DNA of 64,000 nucleotides from Alphaproteobacteria bacterium (GCA_964291675.2 OZ219866.1:2816001-2880000), one strand, 5' to 3'. Shown: positions 30,860-41,194, counted from the first letter of the stretch. Notes: a model not told the origin generated them from the sequence alone. A program made the numbers and translations.

Positions 30860-32185
30860 ATGACCTGGTCCGAGAACGAGATCGCCGCCCTGGTCGAGCC
30901 CGACCGGGTGCACCGGAAGGCCTATGTGGATCCCGGCATCTTCGACCTGGAGATGGAACGGATCTTCGAGCGGCTGTGGATCTATATCGGCCACGAGAGC
31001 CAGGTGAAGAACCCCGGCGACTACTACCTCGCCCGCGTCGGCTGCCAGCCGATGCTGATGACCCGCGATCTGAACGGCGAGATCAACGTGCTCTACAACC
31101 GCTGCCCGCATCGCGGCGCGCAGATCTGCTCGGCGCGCAAGGGCAACGCGGGCAAGCTGTTCCGCTGCTCTTACCACGCCTGGATGTTCGAGCTCGACGG
31201 CAGGCTGGAGAGCGTGCCGGGCGTCAAGGGCTACGAGGGCACGCGGTTCGACATGGCGGACCCCGGCTTCCACATCCGCAAGGCGCCGAGGGCCGACAGC
31301 TATCGCGGCTTCTGGTTCGCATCGCTCGCCGAGGACGGCCCCGACCTCGAGACCCATCTCGGGCGGGCCCGGCTCGCGCTCGACCAGCTCGTCGACCGCT
31401 CGCCCGACGGCGAGATCGAGGTGGTCGGCGACTGCTTCCACATGATCCAGCAATCCAACTGGAAGATTTTTCTGGAAAACCAGATCGACGTGTCGCACCC
31501 CGGCGCGACCCACGAGTCGACGGGCGCGGCGGCGCGCAGCGTCGAGAACGAGATGAAGCGGGGCGGCGAAGACCCGCCGATGTCCTACGGCTTCCTGTCC
31601 GACTTCGTGCGCCACGGCATCGACGGCTGGGACAAGTTCGGCACCACCGGCCTCCCGCAGGGCCATTGCACGCTGGAAGGCTATATGGGGCTGCGCCCGG
31701 ACGACCCCGACACCAACGAATATGTCAGGCGCATGTACGCCTCTTACGGCGAGGAGAAGACGGAGGAGATCCTCGGCGTCGACCTCCACCACGTGCTGCT
31801 CTACCCGTGCAACTCGGTGCAGCCGCCGCTGCAGCAGCTCCGCACCATCCGGCCCCTGAGCCCCAACCGGACGCTGAGCGAGATCTGGCATTTCCGCCTC
31901 AAGGGCGCGCCGGAGGCGATCTACCAGCGCTCGCTCGCCTACTACTACCTGGTGAACTCGCCGTCGACGATGGTCAACGCCGACGACCTGTTCAACTGGT
32001 GGAAGTGCCAGCACGGGCTGGAGAGCAACGCCATCGAATGGGTGAGCTTCCACCGCAACGCGGGCCAGGACAGCGAGGAGGGCGGCATCATGTACTCCGC
32101 CCCGTCCTCGATGAGCGAGCTTCCGATGCGCTCGATGATGCAGGCCTGGAAGGGTTACATGACCGCCAACGGCGCGGGGGCGTAG
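30860..32185 (+). CDS. Aromatic ring-hydroxylating Rieske oxygenase alpha subunit
   Basis: NRCPHRG...CSYHAW, NWKIFLEN, HPGATH and NADD motifs. Confidence 0.9.
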   Translation: MTWSENEIAALVEPDRVHRKAYVDPGIFDLEMERIFERLWIYIGHESQVKNPGDYYLARVGCQPMLMTRDLNGEINVLYNRCPHRGAQICSARKGNAGKLFRCSYHAWMFELDGRLESVPGVKGYEGTRFDMADPGFHIRKAPRADSYRGFWFASLAEDGPDLETHLGRARLALDQLVDRSPDGEIEVVGDCFHMIQQSNWKIFLENQIDVSHPGATHESTGAAARSVENEMKRGGEDPPMSYGFLSDFVRHGIDGWDKFGTTGLPQGHCTLEGYMGLRPDDPDTNEYVRRMYASYGEEKTEEILGVDLHHVLLYPCNSVQPPLQQLRTIRPLSPNRTLSEIWHFRLKGAPEAIYQRSLAYYYLVNSPSTMVNADDLFNWWKCQHGLESNAIEWVSFHRNAGQDSEEGGIMYSAPSSMSELPMRSMMQAWKGYMTANGAGA

Positions 32186-32189
32186 GGCG

Positions 32190-32726
32190 ATGGGTGCGGC
32201 GGCGCAAAAGCTGGCGGCGGGCGACCGGTTCTCGGCCGCCAAGGTGAGCATCGAGACCCAGCTCGCGGTCGAGCGCTTCCTCTACCGCCAGGCCGAGATC
32301 CTCGACGAGAAGCGGTGGGACGACTGGCTCGACCTGTTCGCCGAGGACGGCCATTACTGGATGCCGGTCGCCGAGGACCAGGAGGACGGCGAGGGGGTTC
32401 CCAACATCTTCTGGGAAAACCTCAACATGATGAAGATGCGGATTCGCCGGAACAACCATCCCCAGGCGCACAGCCAGGCGCCGGAGAACCGGCTGTGCCA
32501 CGTGGTCTCGAACGTCATCGTCGAATCCGAGGACCCCAACGGCGACGTCGTGGTGCGGTCCCGCTTCCACTGCGCGGAATACTTGCGCTACGACATCCGC
32601 AACTTCACCGGCCGCTACCGCCATTTCCTCAGGAAGACGGCGGACGGCTACCGGATCGCCCTCCAGCGGGTGGACCTGGTCAACCGGGAAGGGCCCTACG
32701 AATACGTCATCCAGTGGTGGCTGTGA
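32190..32726 (+). CDS. Aromatic ring-hydroxylating oxygenase beta subunit
   Basis: FLYRQAEILD..RWDDWL, YWMP, HVVSN and RVDLVN motifs. Confidence 0.9.
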   Translation: MGAAAQKLAAGDRFSAAKVSIETQLAVERFLYRQAEILDEKRWDDWLDLFAEDGHYWMPVAEDQEDGEGVPNIFWENLNMMKMRIRRNNHPQAHSQAPENRLCHVVSNVIVESEDPNGDVVVRSRFHCAEYLRYDIRNFTGRYRHFLRKTADGYRIALQRVDLVNREGPYEYVIQWWL

Positions 32727-32742
32727 GGGGCCGAAGCGCCGG

Positions 32743-34425
32743 ATGAGCGTCGCCGAGGCGGGGTCCGAAGCGCCGGGCGATTTCATCCGCGGCATCGTCC
32801 GGGACGACATCGCCGGCGGACGCAGCGCCGAGATCGTCACCCGTTTTCCGCCCGAGCCCAACGGCTACCTCCATATCGGCCACGCCAAGTCGATCGTGCT
32901 GAATTTCGGCGTCGCCCGAGAGTTCGGCGGGCGCTGCCATCTCCGCTTCGACGACACCAACCCGGTCAGGGAAGAAGAGGCGTTCATCGAGTCGATCAAG
33001 ACCGATGTCCGCTGGCTCGGCTATGACTGGGGGGCCCATCTCCACTTCGCCTCCGACCATTTCGAGCGGCTCTACGAATGGGCCGAGCACCTGGTGCGCG
33101 CGGGGCGGGCCTATGTCGACGATTCGAGCGCCGACGACATCCGCGAGATGCGGGGCACGCTGACCGAGCCGGGCATCGAAAGCCCCTGGCGCGACCGTCC
33201 GGCGGCGGAAAACCTCGATCTCCTGCGGCGCATGCGGGAGGGCGAGTTCGACGAGGGCGCCCGCGTGCTGCGCGCCCGGATCGACATGACGTCGGGCAAC
33301 GTCAACCTGCGCGACCCGGTGCTCTACCGCATCCTGAAGACGCCCCATCCCCGTACCGGCGGGGGCTGGTGCATCTACCCCACCTACGACTTCGCGCACG
33401 GCCAGTCCGACGCGATCGAGGGGGTGACGCACTCGCTCTGCACGCTCGAATTCGCCGACCACCGTCCGCTCTACGACTGGCTGATCGACAACCTGCCGGT
33501 GCCGGCGCGGCCCCGCCAGTACGAGTTCGCCAGGCTCAACCTGGCCTATACCGTGCTGTCCAAGCGGCGCCTGATCCGCCTCGTCGAGGAGGGGCATGTG
33601 GCGGGCTGGGACGACCCCCGGATGCCGACGCTGGCGGGGCTCAGGCGGCGCGGCGTGCCGCCCGAGGCGATCCGTGATTTCGCCCAGCGCATCGGCGTCG
33701 CGCGGGCCGACAATCTGGTCGACCCGGCGCTGCTCGACCATTGCATCCGCGACGCGCTCAACCGGACGGCGGAGCGCCGGCTCGCCGTGCTGCGCCCGCT
33801 CAAGGTCGTGATCGAGAACTGGCCCGAGGGCCGGACCGACATGCTGCCGGCGCCCAACAGCCCGAACGATCCCGACGCCGGGCAGCGCGAGATCCCGTTC
33901 GGCCGCGAGATCTGGGTCGAGCGCGACGACTTCATGGCGGACCCGCCGCGCAAGTTCCACCGCCTGGCGGCGGGGCGCGAGGTCCGGCTGCGCTACGCCT
34001 GGCTGGTCACCTGCACAGGCGTCGAGACGGGCGCGGACGGCGAGCCCGCCCTGCTGCGCTGCACCTACGATCCGGCGACAAGGGGCGGCGATGCGCCCGA
34101 CGGCCGCAAGGTGCGCGGCACCGTCCACTGGGTCTCGGCCAGCCACGGCATGCCGGCCGAAATCCGGCTCTACGACCGGCTATTCTCGGTGCCCGAGCCG
34201 GGTGCGTCGGGAGATTTCACCCGCGACCTCAACCCCGACTCGCTGGTCGTGCTGAAGGGCTGCATGCTCGAGCCCTCGCTGGCCGGGGCGGGCGATGCGC
34301 CGGTGCAGTTCGAGCGCCAGGGCTATTTCCGCCCCGATCCCGACTCGCGCCCCGGGCGGCCGGTGTTCAACCGGGTGGTGGCGCTGCGCGATTCGTGGGC
34401 GAAGATCCAGGCGAGGGGAGGCTGA
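32743..34425 (+). CDS. glnS: Glutamine--tRNA ligase
   Basis: TRFPPEPNGYLHIGH, RFDDTNP, YPTYDFAH, CTLEF, LSKR and QFERQGYF motifs. Confidence 0.93.
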   Translation: MSVAEAGSEAPGDFIRGIVRDDIAGGRSAEIVTRFPPEPNGYLHIGHAKSIVLNFGVAREFGGRCHLRFDDTNPVREEEAFIESIKTDVRWLGYDWGAHLHFASDHFERLYEWAEHLVRAGRAYVDDSSADDIREMRGTLTEPGIESPWRDRPAAENLDLLRRMREGEFDEGARVLRARIDMTSGNVNLRDPVLYRILKTPHPRTGGGWCIYPTYDFAHGQSDAIEGVTHSLCTLEFADHRPLYDWLIDNLPVPARPRQYEFARLNLAYTVLSKRRLIRLVEEGHVAGWDDPRMPTLAGLRRRGVPPEAIRDFAQRIGVARADNLVDPALLDHCIRDALNRTAERRLAVLRPLKVVIENWPEGRTDMLPAPNSPNDPDAGQREIPFGREIWVERDDFMADPPRKFHRLAAGREVRLRYAWLVTCTGVETGADGEPALLRCTYDPATRGGDAPDGRKVRGTVHWVSASHGMPAEIRLYDRLFSVPEPGASGDFTRDLNPDSLVVLKGCMLEPSLAGAGDAPVQFERQGYFRPDPDSRPGRPVFNRVVALRDSWAKIQARGG

Positions 34426-34427
34426 CG

Positions 34428-35180
34428 GTGAGGACGCCCGATTTCTTCCACGGCAAGACCGTGCTGATCACGGGCGCCGCGAGCGGCATCGGACGGGCGG
34501 CGGCGGCGATCTTCGCGCGCGAGGGCGCCAATGTGGTCGCCGCCGATATCGACGGCGCCGGCGCCGACGCGGTGGCGGCCGGGAAGAGCGCAATCGCGAT
34601 TCCCTGCGACGTGACCGACCGCGCCGCCGTGGACGCGGCGGTGGCCGCCGGGATCGCAGCCTTCGGCGGCATCGACTTCCTGTTCAACAGCGCCGGCGCG
34701 GCGGGCCGCCGGGCGCAATTTCTCGACATCGACGCCGCGCTCTGGCGCGCGGCTTTCGCGCTCAACGTCGACGGTACTTTCCATGCCATGCAGGCGGTCA
34801 TCCCGCACATGCTGGAGCGCGGCTCGGGCGTGATCGTCAACATGGGAAGCATGGCGCATCGCCGCGGCGGGCCGGGGCATTCGGTGCACTACGCCTCGGC
34901 CAAGGGCGCGGTGGTGACGATGACCATGGGGGTTGCCCGCGAGTTCGCCGACCGGGGCATCCGCGCGCTCTCGATCTCGCCGGGACCGGTCGACACCCCC
35001 TTCCAGGCCGCCGCCCGGACCTCGCCCGAGCTCGCGCGGCGGATGCTGGAGGACGTGCCGATGAAGCGCTTCGGCACGCCCGAGGAGATCGGCGAGCTGG
35101 TGCTCTTCCTGTGCTCGGATTCCTGCGGCTTCATGACGGCGGACACGGTCTATGTGAACGGCGGCGGCGGCTGGCGGTAG
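34428..35180 (+). CDS. SDR oxidoreductase
   Basis: TGAASGIG, NSAG, YASAK and VNGG motifs. Confidence 0.88.
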   Translation: MRTPDFFHGKTVLITGAASGIGRAAAAIFAREGANVVAADIDGAGADAVAAGKSAIAIPCDVTDRAAVDAAVAAGIAAFGGIDFLFNSAGAAGRRAQFLDIDAALWRAAFALNVDGTFHAMQAVIPHMLERGSGVIVNMGSMAHRRGGPGHSVHYASAKGAVVTMTMGVAREFADRGIRALSISPGPVDTPFQAAARTSPELARRMLEDVPMKRFGTPEEIGELVLFLCSDSCGFMTADTVYVNGGGGWR

Positions 35181-35283
35181 GCGCCGCGCCCCGGGTGGAG
35201 CCGATACCGGCCTTCCTCTAACATCGCGGAGGGTCCGGACCGGGACATGCCGGTCGACACCAGACGTCAATGTGGAGGAAACG

Positions 35284-36306
35284 GTGACAGAGCAAACGAA
35301 GAACGCGCTTTCGCGTCGCAAATTCGTCAAGACCAGCGCAGCCGCGGCGATCGGCGCGAGCGGCGCCATCGCCGGGTTCCCGGCGATCGCCAAGCCGAAG
35401 CACAAGCTGCGCTACATCACGATCATCAATCGCAAGACGGTCTGGGGGAAGTGCTACGACTTCCTTGCCGCCGAGGTCGACCGGATGTCGGGCGGGGAGC
35501 TCAAGATCGAATATGCCGGCGGCTCCGAGGTGATCAGCGGCTTCGACGCGCCGGAGGCGGTCGCCAAGGGCGTGTTCGACATGAGCCATTCGGCCAACGC
35601 CTATTTCGCCGGCGCCATGCCGTCGTCGATCTCGCTGGCCAGCGGCACCGCCTCGATCGAGCGGCTGCGCGAGACCGGCGTGCTCGACGCCTATGCCGAC
35701 GTGCTGATGCAGAAGCGCGGCGTGATGCTGCTCGGCATCCCGATGAGCGGCGTGGGCTATGTGTTCCAGGTCACGTTCAAGCCGACCGACCTCTCTACCT
35801 TCAAGGGGCGCAAGATCCGCTCGATCCCGCTCTACGACCCGATCCTCGAAGCCCTCGGCTCGGTGCCGGTCACCGTCGCCCCGGCCGAGGCCTATACCTC
35901 GATGGAACGCGGCGTCGTTGACGGGCTCGGCTGGCCCGATCTCGGCCTGCTCGACTTCAAGTTTTACGAGCACGCCAAGTACATCGTCTCGCCGACCTTC
36001 TACACGCTGCGCACCACCCACCTCCTGAACCCCAACAGCTTCAAGAAGCTGCCCAAGGAGCTGCAGGACATCCTGATGAAGGCGTCGCGCTCGGCCGACA
36101 AGATCGGCGCGGATTGGTGCAGGAAGACCCGCGACGAAGAGCACGCGGTGATGAAGAAGCACGGGCTCGAGATCGTCGAGCTGCCGCCGGCCGATGCCAA
36201 GCGCTTCGTCGACCTCACCGAAGAGAAGCTGTGGGCCAAGATCCTCAAGCAATCGCCGGAGAACGGCGCCAGGCTGAAAGCGGCGTTCGACAAGGCGGCG
36301 GGGTAG
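35284..36306 (+). CDS. dctP: TRAP transporter substrate-binding protein with Tat signal
   Basis: SRRKFVK Tat motif; FKGRKIR and ERGVVDG motifs; followed by dctQM. Confidence 0.88.
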   Translation: MTEQTKNALSRRKFVKTSAAAAIGASGAIAGFPAIAKPKHKLRYITIINRKTVWGKCYDFLAAEVDRMSGGELKIEYAGGSEVISGFDAPEAVAKGVFDMSHSANAYFAGAMPSSISLASGTASIERLRETGVLDAYADVLMQKRGVMLLGIPMSGVGYVFQVTFKPTDLSTFKGRKIRSIPLYDPILEALGSVPVTVAPAEAYTSMERGVVDGLGWPDLGLLDFKFYEHAKYIVSPTFYTLRTTHLLNPNSFKKLPKELQDILMKASRSADKIGADWCRKTRDEEHAVMKKHGLEIVELPPADAKRFVDLTEEKLWAKILKQSPENGARLKAAFDKAAG

Positions 36307-36315
36307 GGGAGCCGC

Positions 36316-36509
36316 CCTTCGATACGCGCCCTCCGGGCGCTACTCGGGATGAGGGCGTGATCTTGGGGTCAACCGCAAGACACCCCATCCTGGGCAGGCG
36401 CGTCCTTCGATACGCCGCCCTCGGGGCGGCTACTCAGGATGAGGGTGGGGTGGTGGGTCGCAAACCGACACACCTCATCCCGAGTAGGCGCGAAGCGCCG
36501 TATCGAGGG
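36316..36509. repeat. Composite REP-like array (copy C: three full arms plus a partial arm)
   Basis: Direct arms at about 36316-36354 and 36404-36443, partial inverted arm at about 36383-36402, inverted arm at 36473-36509. Confidence 0.9.
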
Positions 36510-36520
36510 ACGGGCCGGGA

Positions 36521-37072
36521 GTGCAGAAGGTGAGGGGTTTCGCAAGGCTGGTCGAGCGGCCGGCCCGCTGGCTCGCCTGGCTGTCCGCCCTGCTCATCCT
36601 CGCGATGAGCTTCTGGATCACCTATGACGTGGTCACGCGGAACCTGTTCGACTGGGCCTCGCCCTGGGCGTTCGACCTGTCGGAGTATTCGCTGGTCTGG
36701 ATGACTTTCCTCGCCGCGCCGTGGATCCTGCTGCGCGACGGCCATGTGCGGGTCGAGATCCTGATCGATGCGCTGGGACCCCGGCCGCAGCGCGCCATCG
36801 GCATCGCCGTTTCCGTCATCGGGCTCGCGGTCTGCGCCATTCTCGCCTGGCGCACCGGGATCGGCGCCGTCGAGTACGCCGAGAACGACGTGCGCATGGG
36901 GCGGATCTGGAACATCCCGCGCATCTACCCCTATGTCGCGGTGCCGTTCGGCAGCGCGGCGCTGACGCTGGCCTTCCTGGCGCGGCTGCTGACCTATCTC
37001 GGCGAGCGCGACCCGGAGGCGGCGCTGCGGGCGGCCGGCGGCCGGGACGACACGCCGCTCGTCGGGACCTGA
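36521..37072 (+). CDS. dctQ: TRAP transporter small permease
   Basis: Four TM helices; YDVVTR and GHVRVE motifs. Confidence 0.85.
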   Translation: MQKVRGFARLVERPARWLAWLSALLILAMSFWITYDVVTRNLFDWASPWAFDLSEYSLVWMTFLAAPWILLRDGHVRVEILIDALGPRPQRAIGIAVSVIGLAVCAILAWRTGIGAVEYAENDVRMGRIWNIPRIYPYVAVPFGSAALTLAFLARLLTYLGERDPEAALRAAGGRDDTPLVGT

Positions 37073-37083
37073 GGGCGCGCGCG

Positions 37084-38397
37084 ATGGAGCTCGACTGGTC
37101 GCTCCTGCTGCTGCTGTTCTTCGTGCTGCTCGCCGTCGTGCTGGCCAGCGGCATGCCGGTCGCGTTCGGCTTTCTCACGCTCAACATCCTCGGCCTCTAC
37201 TTCTTCATGGGCGGCGAGGTCGCGCTGTCGCTGCTGGCGACCAGCGCGTTCTCCTCGGTCGGCCAGTTCGCGCTGATCCCGATCCCGCTGTTCATCCTGA
37301 TGGGCGAATTGCTGATGCGCACCGGGCTCGCCAACATGACGGTCGACGCCGCCGATGTCTGGATCGGGCGCCTGCCCGGCCGCCTCGCAGTGTCCGCGGT
37401 CGGCGGCGGCACGCTGTTCGGCGCGCTCAGCGGCGCCAGCATGGCATCCGTCGCCATGCTGGGCTCGACCCTGGTGCCCGAGATGGCCAAGCGCGAGTAC
37501 CGCTCGGAGTTCTCGGTCGGCTCGATCCTTGCCGGCGGCGGGCTCGCGGTGCTGATCCCGCCGAGCGCGCTCGGCGTGCTGCTGGGCGCGCTCGCCAAGG
37601 TGTCGATCGCCAAGCTGCTGCTCGCCGGGCTGTTGCCGGGGCTGGTGCTGGCCGCGCTCTACTTCGCCTACTTCACCCTGCGGGCGAAGCTCCAGCCGCA
37701 TCTCGCCCCGCCTTATGTCGCGCCGCCGATGACGCTGGCGCAGAAGCTCGCGAGCCTGGTCCGCGTGGCGCCGCTGTTCAGCCTGATCGTGGTCGTGACC
37801 GGCTTCATCTTCATGGGCATCGCAACCCCGTCCGAGGCCGCCGCCATGGGCGTGGTCGCGACGCTCGCCATCGCCGCCTGCTATCGCCGCCTGACCTGGG
37901 AGGCGGTCAAGGCCGCGCTGATGTCGACCACCACGACGACCTCGATGATGCTGCTGGTGATCGTCGGGTCGGCCGGGTTCTCGCAGATCCTCGCCGCCAC
38001 CGGCACGACGTCCTCGCTGGTCGACGCGGTGGCCGAGCTCGATCTCTCGCCGATGGCGATGGTCGTGATCATGCAGCTCATGGTGCTGGTGCTCGGCTGC
38101 TTCATCGACACGATCTCGATCATGATGGTCTCGATCCCGGTTTTCATGCCGCTGGTGCTGGCGCTCGGGCTCGATCCGATCTGGTTCTCGATCCTGATCC
38201 TGGTGCAGCTCGAGCTGGCCGGGATCACGCCGCCCTTCGGCGTGCTGCTGTTCGTGATGAAGGGGGTTCAGCCGCGCCTCGGCATGGCCGAGATCTACCG
38301 CGCGGCGGTTCCCATCGTCGGCATCCAGCTGGTGCTGATCGCCCTCTTGATGATCTTCCCCGGGATCGTCACCATCCTGCCGGCGGCCATGCGCTGA
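37084..38397 (+). CDS. dctM: TRAP transporter large permease
   Basis: GMPVAF, IPLFILMG, LIPPS and ITPPFG motifs. Confidence 0.9.
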   Translation: MELDWSLLLLLFFVLLAVVLASGMPVAFGFLTLNILGLYFFMGGEVALSLLATSAFSSVGQFALIPIPLFILMGELLMRTGLANMTVDAADVWIGRLPGRLAVSAVGGGTLFGALSGASMASVAMLGSTLVPEMAKREYRSEFSVGSILAGGGLAVLIPPSALGVLLGALAKVSIAKLLLAGLLPGLVLAALYFAYFTLRAKLQPHLAPPYVAPPMTLAQKLASLVRVAPLFSLIVVVTGFIFMGIATPSEAAAMGVVATLAIAACYRRLTWEAVKAALMSTTTTTSMMLLVIVGSAGFSQILAATGTTSSLVDAVAELDLSPMAMVVIMQLMVLVLGCFIDTISIMMVSIPVFMPLVLALGLDPIWFSILILVQLELAGITPPFGVLLFVMKGVQPRLGMAEIYRAAVPIVGIQLVLIALLMIFPGIVTILPAAMR

Positions 38398-38422
38398 ACC
38401 CTGTCCCCATGGGAGGAAATCC

Positions 38423-39544
38423 ATGACACAGCCCCGCATCATCGACGCCGACGGCCATGTCTTCGAGGACGCCGCGGCGATGGGCAAGCGCATGCCCAAG
38501 ATCTACCGCGACTGGAAATACGCGCACGGGATCTTCGCCGGCCAGCCCTGGTTCCCGCCGCTCGGCCATCTCCACACGCCGACCGGCACCAACCCGCCGG
38601 GCGCCTTCGGCGACGGCAAGCATGTCGGCGTCGAGGAATGGATGCGCTTCATGGACGCGACCGGGATCGAGAGCGCGGTGCTGTTCCCGACCAACGGGCT
38701 GACCATGGGCCACATCGCCAATTCCGACTACGCCATCGCGGTCGCCCGCGCCTATAACGACTGGCTCGCCGAGACCTATATCGAGCGCTCCGGCGCGTTC
38801 CGGGGGATGGGGCTGATCGCGATGCAGGAGCCCGACGCTGCGGTCGAGGAGCTGGCGCGCTGCATCACCGGGCTCGGCATGACCGGCGCCATGCTGTCGG
38901 GCACCGGAATCAAGGGCAATCTCGGCTCCAAGGAATACTGGCCGATCTATGCCGAGGCCGAGCGTCTGGGCTGCCCGCTCGCGGTGCATGCCGGCAATCA
39001 CATCAATTTCGGCATGGACCAGATGAACGTCTTCGCCCCGGCACATGCCATCGGCCACCCGCTGGCGATGATGATCGGGCTCGGCGGTCTGGTGTTCAAC
39101 GGCGTGTTCGACCGATTCCCGGGCCTCAGGGTGGGTTTCCTCGAAGGCGGCGTCGCCTGGCTGCTGTTCTGCATCGAGCGCTTCGAGTCCTCGCACGACA
39201 ACTTCCTGCCGCTCGACTGGCGGGGCGAGCTGCTGAAGCTCGCGGAAGGCCAGTCGGTGAGCGGCTATTTGCTCGGGCTGATCGAAGGGGGCCGCATCTT
39301 CGTCGGCGCCGAGGGCGACGAGTACACCCTCGCCGCGGCGATCGGGAAGGTGGGCAACGCGCCCTTCATGTTCTCGTCCGACTTCCCGCACGAGGTGAAC
39401 ACCGAGAAGTGCCTGCACCATTTGGAGGAGATCTTCGAGCACCCCGAGCTGAGCGACGAGGACCGCGAGGCGGTCCTGTTCCGCAACGCCGAGCGGTTCT
39501 ACGCGGTCGGCGCCGGCGGCGCGGCGCGCGAGGCGGCGGAGTAG
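38423..39544 (+). CDS. Amidohydrolase_2-family (decarboxylase/hydratase-like) protein
   Basis: IDADGH, AYNDWL, FLEGG and FSSDFPH motifs. Confidence 0.85.
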   Translation: MTQPRIIDADGHVFEDAAAMGKRMPKIYRDWKYAHGIFAGQPWFPPLGHLHTPTGTNPPGAFGDGKHVGVEEWMRFMDATGIESAVLFPTNGLTMGHIANSDYAIAVARAYNDWLAETYIERSGAFRGMGLIAMQEPDAAVEELARCITGLGMTGAMLSGTGIKGNLGSKEYWPIYAEAERLGCPLAVHAGNHINFGMDQMNVFAPAHAIGHPLAMMIGLGGLVFNGVFDRFPGLRVGFLEGGVAWLLFCIERFESSHDNFLPLDWRGELLKLAEGQSVSGYLLGLIEGGRIFVGAEGDEYTLAAAIGKVGNAPFMFSSDFPHEVNTEKCLHHLEEIFEHPELSDEDREAVLFRNAERFYAVGAGGAAREAAE

Positions 39545-39560
39545 GGAGGCCGGAGGAAGC

Positions 39561-40331
39561 ATGGCCGAGGACCGATTCGACGTAGGCGGCAAGATCGTCG
39601 TCGTCACCGGCGCGGGGCAGGGGCTCGGCCGCGAGTACGCGCTCGCCTTCGCCGAGGCGGGCGCCATTCCCGTGCTCGCCGAGATCGACGGCGACAATCT
39701 CGCCAATGTGGAGGCCGAGATCCGCGGCCGGGGCGGCGACTGCCTCGCCGTGGAGACCGATGTCGGGTCGCCGGACTCCGTCGAGTCGATGGTGGCAAAG
39801 ACGCTGCAAGCCCATGGGCGGGTCGACGTGCTGGTCAACAACGCCGCGATCTTCGCCACCATCCCGCGCCGCAGCTTCGACGAGATTCCCTATGACGAGT
39901 GGAACCGGGTGATCCACGTCAACGTCACCGGCTCCTGGCTCTGCGCCGCCGCCGTGGCGCCGGCGATGCGCGCGGCCGGGCAGGGGCGGATCGTCAACAT
40001 CTCTTCCGGCACCGTCCCCCAGGGCGTGCCCGGGTTCATGCACTATGTCTCGTCCAAGGCGGCGATCGTCGGCATGACCCGGGCGATGGCGCGCGAGCTC
40101 GGCGACGACAACATCAACGTGAACGCCATCATGCCGGGCTATACCGAGACCGAGATCGAGCACGCCAGCATGGACGAGTCCGGGCGCGGCCATATCCAGC
40201 AGATCCGCATCCTCAAGCGCCCCGAGACGCCGGACGACCTGATCGGGCTGGTGCTGTTCCTCGCCTCGCCCGGCAGCGCCTTCATCACCGGCCAGTGCAT
40301 CGCCTGCTGCGGCGGCGAGGTGATGCTGTAG
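39561..40331 (+). CDS. SDR oxidoreductase
   Basis: TGAGQGLG, VNNAA and YVSSK motifs. Confidence 0.88.
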   Translation: MAEDRFDVGGKIVVVTGAGQGLGREYALAFAEAGAIPVLAEIDGDNLANVEAEIRGRGGDCLAVETDVGSPDSVESMVAKTLQAHGRVDVLVNNAAIFATIPRRSFDEIPYDEWNRVIHVNVTGSWLCAAAVAPAMRAAGQGRIVNISSGTVPQGVPGFMHYVSSKAAIVGMTRAMARELGDDNINVNAIMPGYTETEIEHASMDESGRGHIQQIRILKRPETPDDLIGLVLFLASPGSAFITGQCIACCGGEVML

Positions 40332-40356
40332 TCCCGGGCTTCGCCGGGGAGAGGCG

Positions 40357-40929
40357 ATGGTCAAGCTCGACAGGATCTATACCGGCGGCGGCGACGGCGG
40401 CGAGACCTCGCTGTCGGACGGCACGCGGGCGCCCAAGCACGCCGCGCGCATCGCCGCCATCGGCGACATCGACGAGGCCAACGCGGCGATCGGGCTGGCG
40501 CGGCTCCATGCCGGGGACGGCGAGGCGGATGCGATCCTCGCCCGCATCCAGAACGACATGTTCGACCTCGGCGCCGACATATCCACGCCTGGCGACGGGT
40601 CCGCCGACGACGGCAAGACGCTGCGCATCGCCGCCGCCCAGGTCGCCAGGCTGGAGCGCGAGATCGACGCCGTCTCGGCCGATCTCGGGCCGCTCAGATC
40701 CTTCGTGCTGCGCGGCGGGACGAACGCGGCGGCCCATCTCCATCTCGCCTGCACGGTGGCGCGCCGGGCGGAGCGCGCGGCCTGGGCGGTGGCGGCCGCG
40801 GAGCCCGTGAACCCCGACGCGCTCACCTTCCTCAACCGGCTCTCCGACCTCCTCTTCGTGCTGGCGCGCGAGGCCAATGCCGGCGGCACGGCCGACGTGC
40901 TGTGGCAGCCGGGGCTCAACCGGGACTGA
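40357..40929 (+). CDS. PduO-type cob(I)alamin adenosyltransferase
   Basis: IYTGGGDGGETSL, GDIDEAN, TVARRAER and LNRLSDLLF motifs. Confidence 0.9.
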   Translation: MVKLDRIYTGGGDGGETSLSDGTRAPKHAARIAAIGDIDEANAAIGLARLHAGDGEADAILARIQNDMFDLGADISTPGDGSADDGKTLRIAAAQVARLEREIDAVSADLGPLRSFVLRGGTNAAAHLHLACTVARRAERAAWAVAAAEPVNPDALTFLNRLSDLLFVLAREANAGGTADVLWQPGLNRD

Positions 40930-40980
40930 CCCGGATGTCTCGCCGACGGCCGTCGGCAAGGCCGCAGCCGCCGACCATCA

Positions 40981-41190
40981 CCCCTTTTGCCACCCCGGCC
41001 GGAGCGCGGTGGAGAGCCGGGGCCCAGGGCCGCGGGCACCGCCCTCGCCCGGCCTTCCCCGGATCGGGGTCCTGGGCGACAAAGGGGGGCGGAGATGTCG
41101 TCGCACATGGGGGCGGAGCCCGGCCTGACAATCCGAGCCGGACAGCAGCGGGACACCCCCCGGATTCGTTCCGGGGGCCGGGCATGACGG
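40981..41190. repeat. Cluster of GC-rich hairpins / degenerate CGTC-type REPs between convergent genes
   Basis: CCCCGGC..GCCGGGG stem, CCCCCGGA-TTCGT-TCCGGGGG stem and terminal ATGACG tag. Confidence 0.55.
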
Positions 41191-41194
41191 CCTG

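Noticed and set aside
36316-36509. CRISPR array (repeat-spacer appearance)
   Set aside because: Arms are in mixed orientation, vary internally and are dispersed across the window; no cas genes
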